Assembly (NCBI GenBank): GCA_031288735.1
Contig: JAITQU010000095.1
Span: forward strand, 1 to 34,009
Reading direction: 5' to 3'
From: Christensenellaceae bacterium
GTDB taxonomy: Bacteria; Bacillota; Clostridia; Christensenellales; DTU072
DNA length: 34,009 nt
A program made the position numbers and the translations under genes. The notes beneath the pieces are model-generated. The model ran no database searches. It worked only from the letters and a program-made list of their open reading frames with translations, and was not told the DNA's origin. The stretch's first letter is position 1. Each line of letters begins with the position of its first letter. Shown here piece after piece: positions 31,119 to 34,009 of the stretch.

Positions 31119-31487
31119 TTAATTTAGGAGCGGTGGATTAGCAAATGTCTTAGCAGCTCAATCTTTTGACTATCAGCTAGTGACATCCACCATTGATAAG
31201 AAAGTTGTTTTTGCTTTTTCATTTTCCAATTTAGCGTAAATTGTAGTTATATTATATTAGAATCCACTGCCTCCTCTGCTCTGTTTCTAACTTTATCTCA
31301 AATTTTTCATTAGTATACTAACTAAGAATTTCTACCAACTCCCTTTATTACCTTGTCTGAGAGAGTGACGTACTCCCGCCGCCTAACGCCTACGGCGTTT
31401 GAGGCGGGGGCTTCTTGGGAACTCCCACTTGCGGCAGGATGTTTTACCAAGCTATCCCCCGTGCGTCCCACGGTTCGATGTAATGCG

Positions 31488-32539
31488 CTATGAGGTGAGT
31501 AATCGAAGCCCTTCGCGCCGAATGTTGCGTGCTAGTTTGATGTCTCTATGATAATTGGCACCACAGCTTTCGCATGTCCACGACAATCGCTTAATGTCAG
31601 TCTGTCGTTGACATAGCCACATACATGACACAGTTTACTTGACGGAAACCACTTATCAATCGTCAAGGAACTTTCCACGTTTCGTCAACTTGTATCCGAG
31701 GAAACCTAAACATTCCAAAGCCGTGTCAGATACGCTTTTTTGAAAATTCAGAGATTGCGCCATTCCCCGCATATTTAAGTCCTCAATGCATACAGCATCG
31801 TATCGTTCTATCCGTCCCCTCTGCTGACGCAGGAAGTCTTTACGTTGAGCGAGATATGCGTGGAATCCGCAACTTTTTCCGCTGCTTTGCTCTATTCTTG
31901 CCACTTTTCTTGCGGCGGGATAACTTGCGTTGTTCTGGCGAGTTTTTATGCGATCGCAGGTAAAATCGTGCTACGCGGCTGTCGCCATTGATGCCCACGT
32001 AGTTGGGCATCGAAAAATCCAACCCCAGAACATTTACAGTCTTAATGGGTTCAACGGTCATTTCATGCTCGTAGAGTATGGATGCGTGATACTTTCTAGA
32101 CGGAGCCGTGACACTGCCTGATTTCAACTTGTAATCAGCGGGAATGCCGATGCTGTTTTACACTGACACGTCCTAACTTCGGGAGTTTCAAGTAACTTGC
32201 GAGCTCTATGTTCCCGAAAGCAAGGTTTGTCGTATAACTGTTGTGCCCTTTGTGCTTACTTTTGAACCGTGGAAAGCCTATTGATTTATCACAAGAAATT
32301 TTTGAAAGCCGCTTCTAGATGTAACTGCGCTTCGACAGTGCGAGTGAATCCACTTCCCTCAGCCACTCAAACTCGGTTTTGTATTGCGCAGGCGTTGCAG
32401 AACGACTCCTTAGTGGAGTCATAACGTAATTTTATCTCAGAGCCTACGGTTATAGACAAATCGGCACACTCAAAAGTTTTTGAAAACAGCTCGCACTGTG
32501 CGTTTGTTGGCGCAAGTCTCATCGAAACGCTTTATTCAT
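31488..32539 (-). pseudogene. tnpB: TnpB RNA-guided nuclease pseudogene, heavily frameshifted
   Basis: Fragments in different frames: MNKAF.., FSKTF, KYHASILYE, VLGLDFSM (RuvC I), QRKLSRRKK, CIEDLNMRGM (RuvC II) and [18 protein letters not shown] (RuvC III). Confidence 0.9.
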
Positions 32540-32922
32540 ATGCATTTTCCTTGGCTTTTATGTATCGTTTAATTACTTCTATAGGAGCACCGAAGCGCAA
32601 ACAAACAAAAGCTCGGGCTTCAAAAATATTTTTTCCAAAGACTTTTGTGTATTCGCGGGAACTCTTTTTTTACAATGCGGATACTTTGCTTCTTTTTGCG
32701 TTGATAAATTTGCTGATCTCCGCTTTTGTCTCAGCCCTGAAAAGTATGCATGGTCCGTGTCGTGATTCCACTGCTAAGGGTGATTTTGTAGACTGGAGAT
32801 ATAGTCAAAGATTTCTTTTAGCCGTGCTGACGTTGCATCGAATGACACTCAGTCGATACTTTACAACAAGCACAAGGTGATAGCACATCTTGAAGCACAT
32901 GATTATTACTATCCAAGTCCAC
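32536..32922 (-). pseudogene. tnpA: IS200-type Y1 HUH transposase pseudogene
   Basis: Fragments across frames: DLDSNNH, YHLVLVVKYR, RLKEIFDYI, WNHDTDH, ISKFINA, KKEFP and GAPIEVIKRYI. Confidence 0.88.
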
Positions 32923-33053
32923 TCGAAAATCAGCACTCCCTTATGTGCACTGATTCTATCACAAATTCTCCGAAGCGTCAATATAGGACGGTCGAACAAG
33001 GTGTGTGATTCATTTCACCGCCTATAGAGGCGGGAGACTTTTCACACATAAGG

Positions 33054-33366
33054 TTAAAATGAATAAATACCACCTGCTAAGTCAAATGTTAAGGCATATT
33101 CGATAGTTTGCGCTTCATTATTTGCATAGAGTGTCATGTTATAGATTGTGCTACCAAACAAAAATGCGTTCTTTTAGAGTTGATCTTTGCTTTGTAGCTC
33201 ACTATTGAAATTGAAGATATAACTAGTCGGAGCGACATTATCAGTAGTGTTAAATAATAGGAGCGTCAACAATGGAACCATATTCATAACAGAACGAATA
33301 ATTGAAAGAGATATTGGCTAAGTAAAGTTGTTGATTTTCTAGATGGATAGAGTGTAACTGTAACAT
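33054..33366 (-). pseudogene. Remnant of a repeat-containing surface protein gene (InlB B-repeat-like)
   Basis: Broken frames give YEYGSIVDAP, PTSYIF, NMTLYA and EYALTFDLAGG. A similar TTIYAKL fragment lies near 31230-31255, on the other side of the IS. Confidence 0.3.
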
Positions 33367-33718
33367 TGTTGATCGTTGATAAATCAGATCTTTATATGCA
33401 ATGCAATCACCCTCAATATTATCGCTACACTTTTAGCAGACTATTAGATTATAGTAGTTCTTTTGAATATGCTAGACTCAGTGATTTCGATATGCCGTAT
33501 GTGCGCTCAGAGTTAGACATCTCTTCCCCTACTATTATAGCACTATTTGTAGGCTTTTTTTCATATTTTATAAGATATTTTATAAGTGGCCATTGAGCAA
33601 GAAATGTAATATCAGTTGATTATTTTTCACACGCTATATGATATTTGGCTAAAACGTCACAGCTTCAGCGAATAAACCCGTCTTTAGAGTTTTTCACCAT
33701 TTTGTTTAGTTTCTTCTT

Positions 33719-33860
33719 GGGAGTGTATATTAATTTGTGTAAATCGGGGAGGAGGAGGTATAATAAAAACACAAATTAGGAGGACACCCAATTTGGAACT
33801 TAAACTGTATATAATTTTCATCTTTTTTGTATACTTACACACACAAAATAGCGAAGAGCC
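33719..33860 (+). mobile_element. 142-bp IS remnant/MITE (IS256-like left end; right end IS256- or ISL3-like)
   Basis: Starts GGGAGTGTATATTAATTTGTGTAAA (shared with 4468, - strand), then TATAAT and AGGAGG with no ORF. The other end reads GGCTCTTCGCTATTTTGTGTG on -. Flanks TTTCTTCTT/TTTTTTCTT match 8/9 but are low complexity. Confidence 0.5.
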
Positions 33861-33892
33861 TTTTTTCTTCTATTTTTGTTTTAATTTTTTTG

Positions 33893-34004
33893 GGTCAGTT
33901 GTATAATTAATTGTCGTTTTTAGGGGTGAAAAAAGACCTTAAAGACATAGCTAAAAATGGTGCTAATTTCGAATAAGGATTATAATTTATAACAGCAAAA
34001 AAAG
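33893..34004 (+). repeat. Terminal segment of a multicopy element; inverted copy of 1..112
   Basis: Exact reverse complement of 1..112. Confidence 0.9.
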
Positions 34005-34009
34005 TGAAG

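Larger units (their letters stand above)
31365..33053 (-). mobile_element. Decayed IS200/IS605-family element (tnpA and tnpB co-oriented)
   Basis: Left-end hairpin CCGCCTCTATAGGCGG; TTTAA immediately precedes the inferred left end (33058..33054); right-end hairpin AACGCCGTAGGCGTT with the element ending in TCAC; tnpA/tnpB remnants inside. Confidence 0.92.

Noticed and set aside
32923-33053. IStron (group I intron fused to the IS)
   Set aside because: Only about 130 nt separate the left end from the tnpA start, too short for a group I intron core.
206-33596. Short antisense or overlapping ORFs in the track (e.g. 206..403, 15713..16249, 24994..25557, 25624..26193, 32551..32880, 33366..33596)
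   Set aside because: These are shadows of real genes or of mobile remnants, with no recognisable motifs.
1-34009. Linear plasmid or phage with terminal inverted repeats, or a composite transposon
   Set aside because: The content is core chromosomal housekeeping with no replication, terminal-protein or phage genes. Contig breaks at a repeat are the simpler explanation.
1-34009. CRISPR array, tRNA, rRNA or dif site
   Set aside because: No regularly spaced repeats, cloverleaf/rRNA signatures or XerC/D-type site were seen by eye.

Overview
AT-rich chromosomal segment, most consistent with a clostridial (Bacillota) genome. The + strand housekeeping backbone is pgsA-like, valS, an RNase HI with two hybrid-binding domains, parE/parC-type topoisomerase, der, an aminotransferase, dgt, pcrA and ligA. 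A - strand cassette for a ribitol-phosphate-type surface glycan (licD, tarI-like, NAD epimerase/reductase, GT4, Wzy/ligase-like) interrupts it. A second - strand operon encodes a secreted, membrane-anchored Ig-like repeat protein translationally coupled to an OLD-like ABC ATPase whose TOPRIM catalytic residues look lost; a candidate ~160-nt structured leader RNA precedes it. LigA has an unusual architecture: three tandem HhH blocks, a second OB+Zn-finger module and no BRCT. Intergenic DNA is full of mobile-element debris: a decayed IS200/IS605 element (tnpA+tnpB) plus a 304-bp ORF-less derivative, two copies of a ~200-bp MITE, IS5-like and IS256-like remnants, and a perfect 112-bp inverted repeat at the two window ends. 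No rRNA, tRNA or CRISPR array was seen. All calls come from reading motifs by eye; no searches were run.
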